The notes under the pieces were generated by a model, which ran no database searches, was not told where the DNA came from, and saw only the letters and a list, made by a program, of their open reading frames with translations. The translations under genes and the position numbers were made by a program. A stretch of 64,000 nt of DNA from NCBI GenBank assembly GCA_007376185.1, contig VMFS01000007.1, positions 1,390-65,389 of the forward strand, written 5' to 3'. This document shows, one piece after another, positions 34,655-43,824 of this stretch. This stretch comes from Parcubacteria group bacterium Gr01-1014_30 (lineage in GTDB: Bacteria; Patescibacteriota; Minisyncoccia; Minisyncoccales; 2-12-FULL-40-12). How positions within the stretch are numbered: position 1 is the first letter of the stretch; each line of letters starts with the position of its first letter.

Positions 34655-35002
34655 ATGCAAAGAACAATTCATACCATTGACGCCACCGGTAAAGTGCTGG
34701 GCAGATTAGCCAGCCAAATTGCTATATTACTTCGTGGCAAACACAAGCCGAGCTTTGTTCCCCACAAAGACGACGGCGATTTTGTTTTGGTTAAGAACGT
34801 TGATAAAGTGCGCATCAGCGGAAAAAAGTTGGAAAAGAAAAAATACTTCCGCCATTCGGGTTATCTGGGCGGATTGAAAACGACTCCTCTGAAAAAAGTT
34901 TTTCAAGAGAAACCGGCCGAGGTTTTGAGAAAAGCCGTTTTAGGAATGTTGCCCAAAAACCGCTTGCGAAAAGAACAGATAAAGCGGCTAAAGTTTAACT
35001 GA
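34655..35002 (+). CDS. rplM: 50S ribosomal protein L13
   Basis: IDATGKVLGRLASQIAILLRGKHKPSF...YFRHSGYLGGLK...AVLGMLPKN. Confidence 0.85.
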   Translation: MQRTIHTIDATGKVLGRLASQIAILLRGKHKPSFVPHKDDGDFVLVKNVDKVRISGKKLEKKKYFRHSGYLGGLKTTPLKKVFQEKPAEVLRKAVLGMLPKNRLRKEQIKRLKFN

Positions 35003-35084
35003 TGAATAGTAATAAAGCGACAGAAAAAATTATTTCCGCCAGATTCCGGCGGATTTTTTTAGCAAAAAAAGTTATTAACACTTG

Positions 35085-35165
35085 ACCCCGTTAGAAGTTT
35101 CTATAAAATAAAGTAATAAATAATTTTTTTATGATGATTTTGGATAACTTAACTTCTAACGGGGT
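35085..35165 (+). promoter_or_regulatory. second copy of the ACCCCGTTAGNAGTT inverted repeat
   Basis: accccgttagaagtt (35085-35099) pairs with aacttctaacggggt (35151-35165), around an AT-rich loop upstream of pdaD. Confidence 0.5.
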
Positions 35166-35200
35166 TGACAAACTTTCTTGCGGTGAAAAAATAAAATAAA

Positions 35201-35854
35201 ATGCTTGGAACAAAAATTTTTTTCACCAAAGGAGTGGGTAAACACAAAGACTACTTGGCTTCTTTTGAGGTTGCCTTGAGAGACGCTGGCATTGAGCCGC
35301 TAAACATTGTAACCATTTCCAGTATTCTGCCGCCAGGATGTAAAAGAATCTCTCGCGATGAGGGTTTAAAGCTAATGAGGCCCGGACAAATTGCTTTCAC
35401 TGTTATGGCGAGAAACGCTACCAACGAACCCAATCGTCTTATTGCCGCCTCCATTGGTTTGGCTCAGCCGGCCGACACAAATATGTACGGTTACTTGTCC
35501 GAACATCATCCTTTTGGAGAAACCGACGAGGTTGCGGGCGCTTACGCCGAGGATTTGGCCGCCACTATGCTGGCTTCCACTTTGGGAATTGATTTTGACC
35601 CAGACACCGCTTGGGACGAAAGAGAGCAGATATACAAGGCGTCGGGCAAAATAATCAGAACTTCCAACATTACACAATCGGCGCAAGGCGACAAGAATGG
35701 GTTGTGGACAACCGTAGTGGCCTCGGCCGTTTTCTGCGAGTTTGCTTCTGTTGAACAGTTTCAAAGTATGCCGAGTCTATTAGACATGAGGGCGCAAATC
35801 AGCACTTACAAAAATAAACCTGAAAACGGGCAGGACCAGAAGATAGAACAATAG
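35201..35854 (+). CDS. pdaD: pyruvoyl-dependent arginine decarboxylase
   Basis: FFTKGVGKH...[27 protein letters not shown] (self-cleavage Ser-Ser region). Confidence 0.7.
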   Translation: MLGTKIFFTKGVGKHKDYLASFEVALRDAGIEPLNIVTISSILPPGCKRISRDEGLKLMRPGQIAFTVMARNATNEPNRLIAASIGLAQPADTNMYGYLSEHHPFGETDEVAGAYAEDLAATMLASTLGIDFDPDTAWDEREQIYKASGKIIRTSNITQSAQGDKNGLWTTVVASAVFCEFASVEQFQSMPSLLDMRAQISTYKNKPENGQDQKIEQ

Positions 35855-35877
35855 ATAAGCGTTATGATAAATTTGTC

Positions 35878-37185
35878 ATGAATAACAAAAACGGAAATCA
35901 TAAAATAAATTTTTTATTCGTTTCGTGGGAAAGTTTAAGTGGCGACATCGCATGGAAAATTCTTAAGGAAGGCAATTTGGTTAAGGCGTATATTGAGCGC
36001 GCGGAAGATTACGACGTTTATGACGGCATTTTGGACAAGGTAAAAAAATGGGAAGACCATGTGGACTGGGCGGACGTGGTGGTGTTTGACGACGTGGGGT
36101 TTGGGAAATGGGCGGATAATTTGCGCAAAAAAGGTAAGCTGGTGGTGGGGGGCAGCAAATATACCGACATGCTGGAAGACAACCGCGAGGTTGGACAAAC
36201 AGAAATGAAGCGGGTTGGTATGAATGTTCTGCCGCATTGGTATTTTGCGGATTATGATTCTGCTCTTGATTTTTTACAAAAAAGTCCGAGCAGGTACGTC
36301 TTTAAGCCGAGCGGCGAGGCGCAAGATTTTAAAGATTTGCTGTTTATCGGCGAGGAAGAGGATGGGCGAGACATTTTGGAACTTCTGCAATCCAACAAAA
36401 AAGCCTGGAAGAGCAAAATTAAAACGTTTCAGCTGCAAAAATACGCGGCTGGGGTGGAAATTGGGGTTGGCGGATTTTTTAACGGCAAAGAGTTTTTGTA
36501 TCCCATAAACGTAAATTTTGAGCACAAGCGGTTGTTTCCCGGTGATCTGGGTCCCTTAACGGGGGATATGGGGGAATTAATGTTTTGGAGTCAACCCAAT
36601 GGTTTATTTAAAGCCACATTGAATCGCATGGTGCCGGATTTGGCCAAATCCGGTTTTATCGGATATTTAGACATTAATTGCATCGTTAATGCTAGAGGTA
36701 TTTATCCGTTGGAGTTTACTTCACGATTTGGCTATCCAACCATCAGCATTCAATCCGTTGGCATAGAAATGCCGTTTGGAGAATTTTTGCATAAACTGGC
36801 AATGGGCGAAAAATTTGAAATTCCCACCAAGAAAGGATTCCAGTTGGGAGTTTGCTGCGCTGTAGTCTCGTATTTGTCCGATCATCCGGAGGATATCGCC
36901 ACGTATCGGGATCTTTCTATTTTGTTTAAGCGAGAAAATCCAAATTTGGAAGGAATACATATTGGCGATGTAAAAATGGTGGACGGCACTTTGCAGCTTG
37001 CTGGCACTTCCGGCTATGCTTTGGTGGTTTCCGGCTGCGGCAACACGGTGGAAGACGCGCGCAAGCAAGCTTTTAACCGGATTAAAAATATCAGATTGCA
37101 AAACATGTTTTACCGAGTGGATATTGGAGAACGCTGGCTGAATGACAGCGACCTTTTGCAATCATGGGGTTATTTGAATACTTAA
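35878..37185 (+). CDS. ATP-grasp enzyme (PurD-like fold), substrate unknown
   Basis: 435 aa. YVFKPSGEAQDFKDLLF, QKYAAGVEIGVGGFFNG and LEFTSRFGYP resemble ATP-grasp ligases. Confidence 0.45.
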   Translation: MNNKNGNHKINFLFVSWESLSGDIAWKILKEGNLVKAYIERAEDYDVYDGILDKVKKWEDHVDWADVVVFDDVGFGKWADNLRKKGKLVVGGSKYTDMLEDNREVGQTEMKRVGMNVLPHWYFADYDSALDFLQKSPSRYVFKPSGEAQDFKDLLFIGEEEDGRDILELLQSNKKAWKSKIKTFQLQKYAAGVEIGVGGFFNGKEFLYPINVNFEHKRLFPGDLGPLTGDMGELMFWSQPNGLFKATLNRMVPDLAKSGFIGYLDINCIVNARGIYPLEFTSRFGYPTISIQSVGIEMPFGEFLHKLAMGEKFEIPTKKGFQLGVCCAVVSYLSDHPEDIATYRDLSILFKRENPNLEGIHIGDVKMVDGTLQLAGTSGYALVVSGCGNTVEDARKQAFNRIKNIRLQNMFYRVDIGERWLNDSDLLQSWGYLNT

Positions 37186-37200
37186 TAAATATTTTTAAGA

Positions 37201-38295
37201 ATGAATAAAAAAAAGCTCAAAAAACTTTCGCCGGGTCTCCGTAAACTGATTGTTCCTGAAACGGGAGTAGCGAAGGGAGCTTTAGCTTCAAGCATTAAAA
37301 GAAGTTCTCCGGTTAGTCAATACGCTAAAAGAACGTTAAAGCACACCAATGCCGGCTCTACTATGGAGGCGGCTTTGTGGTTGCGAAGGCACTTGAAAAA
37401 AGGCGGCAAACTTGTGGTGACGCTGGCCGGGGCTTTGAGTTCTTTCCAGATAGGCGTGACGCTGGCGGAGTTGATTAGAAAAGATAAAGTGCATTTGGTT
37501 TCCGCCACCGCGGCCAACCACGAAGAGTCATATTATCGTTATGTAGCCCACTCTCATTACGCCTACATTCCCCGTTATACCGAGCTGACTCCTGTGCAGG
37601 AAGCTGAACTGCGCGACGCTGGGCTGCGAAGAATTACCGACACTTTTCTGCCTGAAGACGAGAGCGTACGCATAATGGAGCCCCATCTTTTGAAAATGTG
37701 GCAGCAGGCCCAGAAGCGCCTCGAAAGCTACTTCCCGCACGAATATTTCAGGAGGTTGTTCAAGGAAAAATTAATCAGACCCGACTCTAAAGCGAACCCT
37801 GACGACTGCTGGGTTTTCGCGTCGTATAAAAAAAACATTCCGATTTTGGTACCAGGTTTTGAGGATTCCACCATGGGCAACATTTTCGCCAGCTATGCCT
37901 ACAAGGGTCCTCACAAGAAAAAAGGTGATATTATTATTGACGGCAGGGTTATGAAGAGTGGAGTGGAATACTTTCATTTTTTGTATGACTGGTACATGAA
38001 AGAAACGAGGAACGTATCTATAGCTTTCCTGCAGCTGGGAGGGGGAATAGCCGCCGACTTTCCCATTTGCGTGATCCCGTCGCTTAAGCACGATTTGAAA
38101 TTGCCAAAAGTCAAGCCTTGGGCGGGCTTCATAGAAATCGGTTCTTCTCCAATGTCTTACGGCTCATACTCGGGAGCTGGCGGCAAAGAAAAAATAACCT
38201 GGGACAAACTTGATCCCAAAAGTTACTATCAAATCATCCAAAGCGACGTCAACTTGGCTTTTCCTTGGATAGCGGCCGTACTTCTGGAGCTTTAA
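37201..38295 (+). CDS. deoxyhypusine synthase-like (homospermidine-synthase-type) protein
   Basis: LTLAGALSSFQIG, VSATAANHEES, VPGFEDSTMGNIF and LQLGGGIAADFPI. Confidence 0.65.
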   Translation: MNKKKLKKLSPGLRKLIVPETGVAKGALASSIKRSSPVSQYAKRTLKHTNAGSTMEAALWLRRHLKKGGKLVVTLAGALSSFQIGVTLAELIRKDKVHLVSATAANHEESYYRYVAHSHYAYIPRYTELTPVQEAELRDAGLRRITDTFLPEDESVRIMEPHLLKMWQQAQKRLESYFPHEYFRRLFKEKLIRPDSKANPDDCWVFASYKKNIPILVPGFEDSTMGNIFASYAYKGPHKKKGDIIIDGRVMKSGVEYFHFLYDWYMKETRNVSIAFLQLGGGIAADFPICVIPSLKHDLKLPKVKPWAGFIEIGSSPMSYGSYSGAGGKEKITWDKLDPKSYYQIIQSDVNLAFPWIAAVLLEL

Positions 38296-38301
38296 CTATT
38301 G

Positions 38302-39195
38302 ATGAAGACCTTTTTAGATTTAGCGTCTTTGGGCTTGGTAGACAATGTTAATTTTGAAAACGCCGACGCGGTAGTCGTGCCTTTCGGCTACGAAGGTACC
38401 GTAACTTTCGGCCGCGGCGCGTCCAAGGGCCCGGCCAGCTTAATTGAGGCCTCCTCGCAAGTTGAGACATTTGACGACGAGCTTTTGGACGACATTCAAA
38501 ATCAGATTAAAATTTGGACTTTGAAACAGCCGTCTCTGCCAAAAAAACCCGAAGCCGCCAGCTCACTTTTGCAAAAAATCGTTTCAGAGTTAATTCAAAA
38601 AAACAAGTTGCCGGTTGTTGTGGGCGGCGAACACTCAATCAGCTACGGAGTTGCGCAGGGCCTGAGTGAACATTATCGGGATATTTCCGCGCTGGTTTTT
38701 GACGCTCATTTGGATTTGGGCGACCAGTGGTCTAAAAAACCTTTTACGCACGCGGCTTGGCTGAAATATTCGTTTGGGCTTCCGAGCGTGAAAAACGCGG
38801 CGCTGGTCGGGATTCGCAATTTCAACAAACTGGAGTACGCGTTTTGGCAAAATAATCACGACCGCGTGAAAGTTTTCTTGGCAAAAGACCGCCGCGGCTG
38901 GAGCGCTGACGAGATAGTTTCTTCTTTGGACAGCAACGTTTACGTAAGTTTTGACATTGACGCTTTTGATTCATCGGTAATGCCTTCAACGGGCACGCCG
39001 GAACCCGGAGGCCTGTTTTGGGACGATGTTTTGCCCATTCTGCGCCAGGTTTGCGCGCGAAAAAATGTTGTTGGTATGGATTTGGTGGAGCTGGCTCCAA
39101 TCAGGGGCCTGCGCGCCCCCGATTTCCTGGCCGCCAAGCTTTTGATGAAAATGATTCTGTACAAGTTCTGCGTCACGAAGTTGAAAGTTTACTAA
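38302..39195 (+). CDS. speB: agmatinase/ureohydrolase family protein
   Basis: GGEHSISYG, FDAHLDLGD, SFDIDAFDSSVMPSTGTPEPGGL and MDLVELAP Mn-binding motifs. Confidence 0.8.
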   Translation: MKTFLDLASLGLVDNVNFENADAVVVPFGYEGTVTFGRGASKGPASLIEASSQVETFDDELLDDIQNQIKIWTLKQPSLPKKPEAASSLLQKIVSELIQKNKLPVVVGGEHSISYGVAQGLSEHYRDISALVFDAHLDLGDQWSKKPFTHAAWLKYSFGLPSVKNAALVGIRNFNKLEYAFWQNNHDRVKVFLAKDRRGWSADEIVSSLDSNVYVSFDIDAFDSSVMPSTGTPEPGGLFWDDVLPILRQVCARKNVVGMDLVELAPIRGLRAPDFLAAKLLMKMILYKFCVTKLKVY

Positions 39196-39366
39196 GCGCG
39201 CCAGTCGCTTTCGTTAACCGTATCTCGCCCGCTCCAGCGGCGGGCGGATACTGCGCTCTCGGCAAAATACCCCTTCTGTAAAACAGGCGGGGACCAAGCT
39301 ATTTTGCCTCCGAGAGCTTCCCGAAATGCGACTGGCGCGCTTTATTGATATGATGTATAATTTACT

Positions 39367-39448
39367 CCATGCCAGGTAGTGAAAACTCCGCCACTGCCGA
39401 AGGCAGTGAAATAATTACGATTGGCGGAGTTTTCACTACCTGGCATGG
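39367..39448 (+). promoter_or_regulatory. 26-bp perfect hairpin covering the secA start codon
   Basis: ccatgccaggtagtgaaaactccgcc (39367-39392) pairs perfectly with ggcggagttttcactacctggcatgg (39423-39448). The secA ATG is at 39445-39447. Confidence 0.6.
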
Positions 39449-42081
39449 GGATTTTAACTAAAATTTTCGGCGACGCCAACGAAGCGTATCTCAAAAAACT
39501 TCAGCCCTTTGTTGAAAAGATCAACTCGCTTGAAAAAGAGTACGAGGCTTTTTCCGATGAAAAACTCAAAGAAAAAACCCAAGAACTGAAAAACAAGGTC
39601 AATGGAACGCGGGTCGCTGAGACTTCGTCTAATCTCCCGCCTCGCTCACCGAGCCCGAATAGGGCGAAGGTAAAGACGAAGTTTCAACTTCGTCTGACGG
39701 CTTCGCCGAGTTCGGCGAAAGACGCCGTTTCATTGGAGGGGGTGTTGCCAGAGGCGTTTGCTTTGGTTCGGGAAGCCGCCAAAAGAACTTTGAGGCAGAG
39801 GCATTTTGACGTTCAGCTGATCGGAGGCATTGTTTTGCATCAGGGCAAAATCGCTGAAATGAGAACCGGCGAAGGAAAAACTTTGACCGCCACCCTGCCT
39901 TTGTATTTGAACGCATTGGAAGGCAAGGGCTGTCATTTGGTTACGGTAAACGACTACTTGGCAAAAAGGGACGCAGTGTGGATGGGGCAAATATATCATG
40001 CACTGGGGCTGTCCGTCGGGTGTATTACGCATGAAACGGCCTATTTGTACGACCCAACAGCCAAGCAGGACGCAGAAAGAGACACGCTCGGAGGATTCAA
40101 AGTTATTGAAGATTTTTTGAGACCGGTTTCAAGAAGAGAGGCGTATGAGGCCGACCTTACTTACGGAACTAACAATGAGTTCGGGTTTGACTACTTAAGA
40201 GACAATATGGTTTATGATTTGCCGCAACAGGTTCAGTCCCGATTGCAAAGCGATCGAGGATCCTCGACTTCCTTGGAGTCGGGACGCGGATTTAATTTTG
40301 CTATTGTTGACGAAGTCGACTCAATTTTAATTGACGAGGCGAGAACCCCTTTGATTATTTCCTCTCCGGACGTGGAGAGCTCAAAATGGTATCTTGATTT
40401 TGCTAGAATTATTCCACGATTAGACCCCAAAACCGACTACGAGATTGACGAAAAACTGCGGGCCGTAACCTTGACCGAACAAGGCATCAACAGAGTTGAA
40501 AAAATTTTGGGCTTGGGCAACATTTACGAAGAAAAAGGTATAAAATACTTGCATCATTTGGAACAGGCCTTGAGAGCTGAAGTTCTTTTCAAAAAAGACA
40601 GGCACTATGTGGTTAAACAGGGGCAAGTGATAATTGTTGACGAGTTCACGGGTCGTTTGATGCCCGGGCGCAGGTGGTCAGGCGGTCTGCACCAGGCAGT
40701 GGAAGCGAAAGAAGGTGTTAGAGTACAGCCCGAATCTTTGACCTTGGCCTCAATAACTTTTCAGAATTACTTCAGGATGTACAAAAAACTGTCAGGCATG
40801 ACGGGAACGGCCGTAACTTCTGCCGAAGAGTTTGACAAGGTTTATAACTTGGACGTTACTGTCGTGTCTACCAACAAGCCAATGGTTCGTCAGGACCTGC
40901 AAGACCGCGTTTATAAAAATTCTGAAGGCAAGTTTAGCGCTTTGGTCGGAGAAATCAAAGAAAGACACAAAACGGGCCAGCCGGTTTTGGTAGGGACTAC
41001 TTCAATTGAGAAAAACGAGTACTTGAGCAAGTTATTGACAGCTGAGGGCGTGCCTCACCAAATTTTGAACGCCAAGAACCACGAAGCAGAAGGCGCCATA
41101 ATTGCTCAGGCGGGCAAGCCGGGCGCTGTAACCATTGCCACGAATATGGCGGGCAGGGGAGTGGATATAATCCTGGGGGGCAATCCCCAGGACCCTGAGC
41201 AAAGTCGAAGGGTTTTGGAAGCAGGCGGACTCCATGTTATCGGCACCGAACGCCACGAAGCCAGAAGAATTGACAACCAGTTGCGGGGAAGATCGGGCAG
41301 GCAGGGGGATCCTGGTTCTTCCCAGTTTTTCATTTCGCTTGAAGACGACGTAATGAGAATTTTCGGCGGAGACAGGTTGAAATCCTTAATGACGGCTTTG
41401 AAGATTCCCGAGGACCAGCCCATTGAAGCCGGATTGGTTTCAAAAGCCATTGAAGAAGCTCAGTCAAAAATTGAGGGGTTTAACTTTGACTTGCGCAAGC
41501 ACTTGCTGGATTACGACGACGTTATGAATAAGCATAGAGAAGTTATTTATAAAAGGAGAAGGCAGTTTTTGTCAACTGAGGATTGGAAGACGGAAGTTGG
41601 AAATTGGACGAAAAACGAAGAAGAGAAAAAAATTCTTGAGCAAAAAGAAAAGGAATTGGCAGAAAACTTTAATCAAGTTGCCAAATTCATCGCTCTAAGG
41701 ACTTTAGACATGCTTTGGATGAACCACTTGGAGGAAATGGAGGCACTGCGGGATTCTGTACGTTTGCGGGCTTACGGGCAGAGAGATCCGCTTGTGGAGT
41801 ACAAAAATGAAGGCCACAAAATGTTTCAGAATCTTTTGCGCTTGATTGAAACAAATATAGTTCAGATGCTTTTCAGAGCTCAATTGACAAAAGAACCTAA
41901 GGGACATGTTCACCACCCCGCCGCGGCGCCAGCCGCGGCCAAGGTTGGCAACAAAGTCGGCCGCAACGACCCCTGCCCGTGTGGAGCGATTAACCCTAGT
42001 ACGGGGGAAGTCTATAAATATAAAAAATGCGGGCTTATTAACGCACCTTATCATAAAGAAGGGCAATCCAAGATTTTGTAA
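39445..42081 (+). CDS. secA: preprotein translocase ATPase SecA
   Basis: The track ORF starts at ttg 39421; the canonical start is [10 protein letters not shown] at 39445. [44 protein letters not shown], and the C-terminal CPCG...KKCG zinc motif. Confidence 0.9.
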   Translation: MGILTKIFGDANEAYLKKLQPFVEKINSLEKEYEAFSDEKLKEKTQELKNKVNGTRVAETSSNLPPRSPSPNRAKVKTKFQLRLTASPSSAKDAVSLEGVLPEAFALVREAAKRTLRQRHFDVQLIGGIVLHQGKIAEMRTGEGKTLTATLPLYLNALEGKGCHLVTVNDYLAKRDAVWMGQIYHALGLSVGCITHETAYLYDPTAKQDAERDTLGGFKVIEDFLRPVSRREAYEADLTYGTNNEFGFDYLRDNMVYDLPQQVQSRLQSDRGSSTSLESGRGFNFAIVDEVDSILIDEARTPLIISSPDVESSKWYLDFARIIPRLDPKTDYEIDEKLRAVTLTEQGINRVEKILGLGNIYEEKGIKYLHHLEQALRAEVLFKKDRHYVVKQGQVIIVDEFTGRLMPGRRWSGGLHQAVEAKEGVRVQPESLTLASITFQNYFRMYKKLSGMTGTAVTSAEEFDKVYNLDVTVVSTNKPMVRQDLQDRVYKNSEGKFSALVGEIKERHKTGQPVLVGTTSIEKNEYLSKLLTAEGVPHQILNAKNHEAEGAIIAQAGKPGAVTIATNMAGRGVDIILGGNPQDPEQSRRVLEAGGLHVIGTERHEARRIDNQLRGRSGRQGDPGSSQFFISLEDDVMRIFGGDRLKSLMTALKIPEDQPIEAGLVSKAIEEAQSKIEGFNFDLRKHLLDYDDVMNKHREVIYKRRRQFLSTEDWKTEVGNWTKNEEEKKILEQKEKELAENFNQVAKFIALRTLDMLWMNHLEEMEALRDSVRLRAYGQRDPLVEYKNEGHKMFQNLLRLIETNIVQMLFRAQLTKEPKGHVHHPAAAPAAAKVGNKVGRNDPCPCGAINPSTGEVYKYKKCGLINAPYHKEGQSKIL
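39600..39735. repeat. in-frame palindromic insertion 1 inside secA (about 135 nt)
   Basis: Outer arms caatggaacg / cgtttcattg. Inner gagacttcgtct / agacgaagtttc, and ttcgccga-gt-tcggcgaa. Encodes roughly 40 extra residues between ELKNKV and [11 protein letters not shown] relative to E. coli SecA. Confidence 0.6.
40236..40285. repeat. in-frame palindromic insertion 2 inside secA
   Basis: gtcccga...tcgggac arms around the 14-bp perfect palindrome tcgaggatcctcga. Encodes [16 protein letters not shown] directly before FAIVDEVDS. Confidence 0.6.
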
Positions 42082-42634
42082 GTTTTAATAGTTCTTTCCG
42101 TGCTTTTGGTATTTTCGATCGAGCATTCAATTTCAAAAACTCCCTTGTTATAAGTGCATGACAATTAGGACAGACAACCATTAAGTTATCTATTTCATGT
42201 TGACCTCCTTGATGTTTTGGTGTTATGTGGTGGGTGTCAATTGTTAGGTTGTAATTACACAGTTCACACACCTTCCCATATTTTTTAATTGCTTGAGCCC
42301 TAATCCATGCTTTATGTTTTTTGATTTCGCCATATAGATATTTTTTGATACCTAAGTTCCTTCTTCGATACTTCACCGTCCATAACGTAGATCCTTTGTA
42401 ATCTTTTTCTCTTAACGCTTTTGCAATTTCTTTATCGAGCATAGTACCACAATTCTTGCGGATGAAATCATCCACAAATTCATGCGGTAGTCTTTCCAAT
42501 GCTTGATACGCACCCTTTTTTAATTCAGGATATCCATGACGTCTGACTCGTGCCAAATGCATGATACAGTAGATTTGCCTGGTATTCTTATATCGTGTAA
42601 AGTTTTTACACTCTTTTACTCTACATTCCGGCAT
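42038..42634 (-). CDS. HNH endonuclease
   Basis: [40 protein letters not shown], with an N-terminal Cys/His cluster. Its 3' end overlaps the secA 3' end by 44 nt. Lies in AT-rich sequence. Confidence 0.8.
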   Translation of the reverse strand: MPECRVKECKNFTRYKNTRQIYCIMHLARVRRHGYPELKKGAYQALERLPHEFVDDFIRKNCGTMLDKEIAKALREKDYKGSTLWTVKYRRRNLGIKKYLYGEIKKHKAWIRAQAIKKYGKVCELCNYNLTIDTHHITPKHQGGQHEIDNLMVVCPNCHALITREFLKLNARSKIPKARKELLKLTKSWIALLYDKVR

Positions 42635-42704
42635 ATTAGTATATTATAACTTTGATAGCGCTAAAACGCAACAAGTTTTATTTTTTATAAGTATAAAAAA
42701 TGTT

Positions 42705-42968
42705 ATGGAAATTGATTTAAAAAAGTACTGGGATTTATTGAAGGGCGGATGGGACGATATGGATAACCATCGGCTCGAGCTGGAAGCGAAAAGGATTCGA
42801 TTGAAAAATTACGCATATAGATATGGACGGAGCGCTGGAGAATTAAATCGCGAGTACGTCATTGAACGTTTACAGAAGCGACGAAAATGGCTTATAGCTA
42901 CAATTGTTCCAATCGTTTTTGGGTTTTTAGCATTATCAGTAAAGATACTCGTTACCCTATATTCATAA
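42705..42968 (+). CDS. hypothetical small membrane protein
   Basis: 87 aa with C-terminal TM segment WLIATIVPIVFGFLALSVKILV. Confidence 0.3.
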   Translation: MEIDLKKYWDLLKGGWDDMDNHRLELEAKRIRLKNYAYRYGRSAGELNREYVIERLQKRRKWLIATIVPIVFGFLALSVKILVTLYS

Positions 42969-43006
42969 GTAGTTTCTGTAATAAGATAACAAATACAAGC
43001 TTTGTC

Positions 43007-43297
43007 ATGGAGGTTGAGGTTACTGAAGTTATAACAACAGTAGTGGGAATTGTAGGTGTGTCGACAATACTCTGGTACATTGTAGGACTGGCAAGAGTAA
43101 TTTTCTATGAACGTAATATCAATAAGACACACGATTTTCTTGAAAGGAGTAGGAAAGAAATTAAAAAAGAAGGACTATCAGTAGATGGTATAAATGCAAG
43201 AATGTCTGAGCTAGAAAGAGAATGGCTTCCGAAGCTAGAAAAAATGAAGAGGAAAAGGAGATTTATACTAGATAAACTCCCCTTTATTAGAAGGTAG
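43007..43297 (+). CDS. hypothetical small membrane protein
   Basis: Track ORF 42887-43297; likely start is ATG 43007 (MEVEVTEVITTVVGIVGVSTILWYIVGLA). One TM segment, then a charged coiled tail. Confidence 0.3.
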   Translation: MEVEVTEVITTVVGIVGVSTILWYIVGLARVIFYERNINKTHDFLERSRKEIKKEGLSVDGINARMSELEREWLPKLEKMKRKRRFILDKLPFIRR

Positions 43298-43329
43298 TCG
43301 TATGGCTGGGTTAAGAAGTATTAAATTAC

Positions 43330-43551
43330 ATGCGAAGTATAAAGAATCAAAAACAAAAGGCAATACTGGACAAAATGTTGCGTATAATCAAAAAGCAGCC
43401 CGGTATCAGGCCGAGCGAGTTGAACCGACTCCTGCATCTTGAACATTCAGCCCATCTTCGCAACGCGCTTATCAAGCGAGGATTGTTGAGAAAAAAGAGA
43501 AAAGGAGCGACAGTGTATTATTATCCTGTACATAGCGCGTCGTTGACTTAA
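43330..43551 (+). CDS. small winged-helix DNA-binding protein (putative)
   Basis: 73 aa. ILDKMLRIIKKQPGIRPSELNRLLHLEHSAHLRNALIKRGLLRKK. Confidence 0.4.
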   Translation: MRSIKNQKQKAILDKMLRIIKKQPGIRPSELNRLLHLEHSAHLRNALIKRGLLRKKRKGATVYYYPVHSASLT

Positions 43552-43577
43552 GAGATATATTAGTTTATTATAAAATT

Positions 43578-43814
43578 ATGAACACCATTACTATCCCTAA
43601 AAAAATGAGCCGGAAAGGCGATTTGGTGGTTGTGCCTAGGATAGATTACGAACATATGCTTAAGATCAGCCAGCGGCTTTTGCGGGAGGAAAAAGACACG
43701 GACGAGGCGATTAGAGTTTTTGAAAGGGAAAGAAAGATCGGGAAGCTGAAGAGGTCTTCAAGCTTTTACGACATTCTCGTCGGAAGAGATAAATCTCTTC
43801 CTTATCTTCGCTAA
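43578..43814 (+). CDS. putative antitoxin
   Basis: 78-aa ORF 10 nt upstream of a RelE/YafQ-like gene remnant. Confidence 0.35.
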   Translation: MNTITIPKKMSRKGDLVVVPRIDYEHMLKISQRLLREEKDTDEAIRVFERERKIGKLKRSSSFYDILVGRDKSLPYLR

Positions 43815-43824
43815 CGCTAGATAG

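Noticed and set aside
35003-35200. rpsI (S9) is absent after rplM, although the two are usually co-transcribed.
   Set aside because: The spacer holds only a terminator-like hairpin (tccgcc...ggcggattttttt) and the inverted-repeat element. S9 is probably encoded elsewhere. This is an observation about synteny, not evidence of anything unusual within the window.
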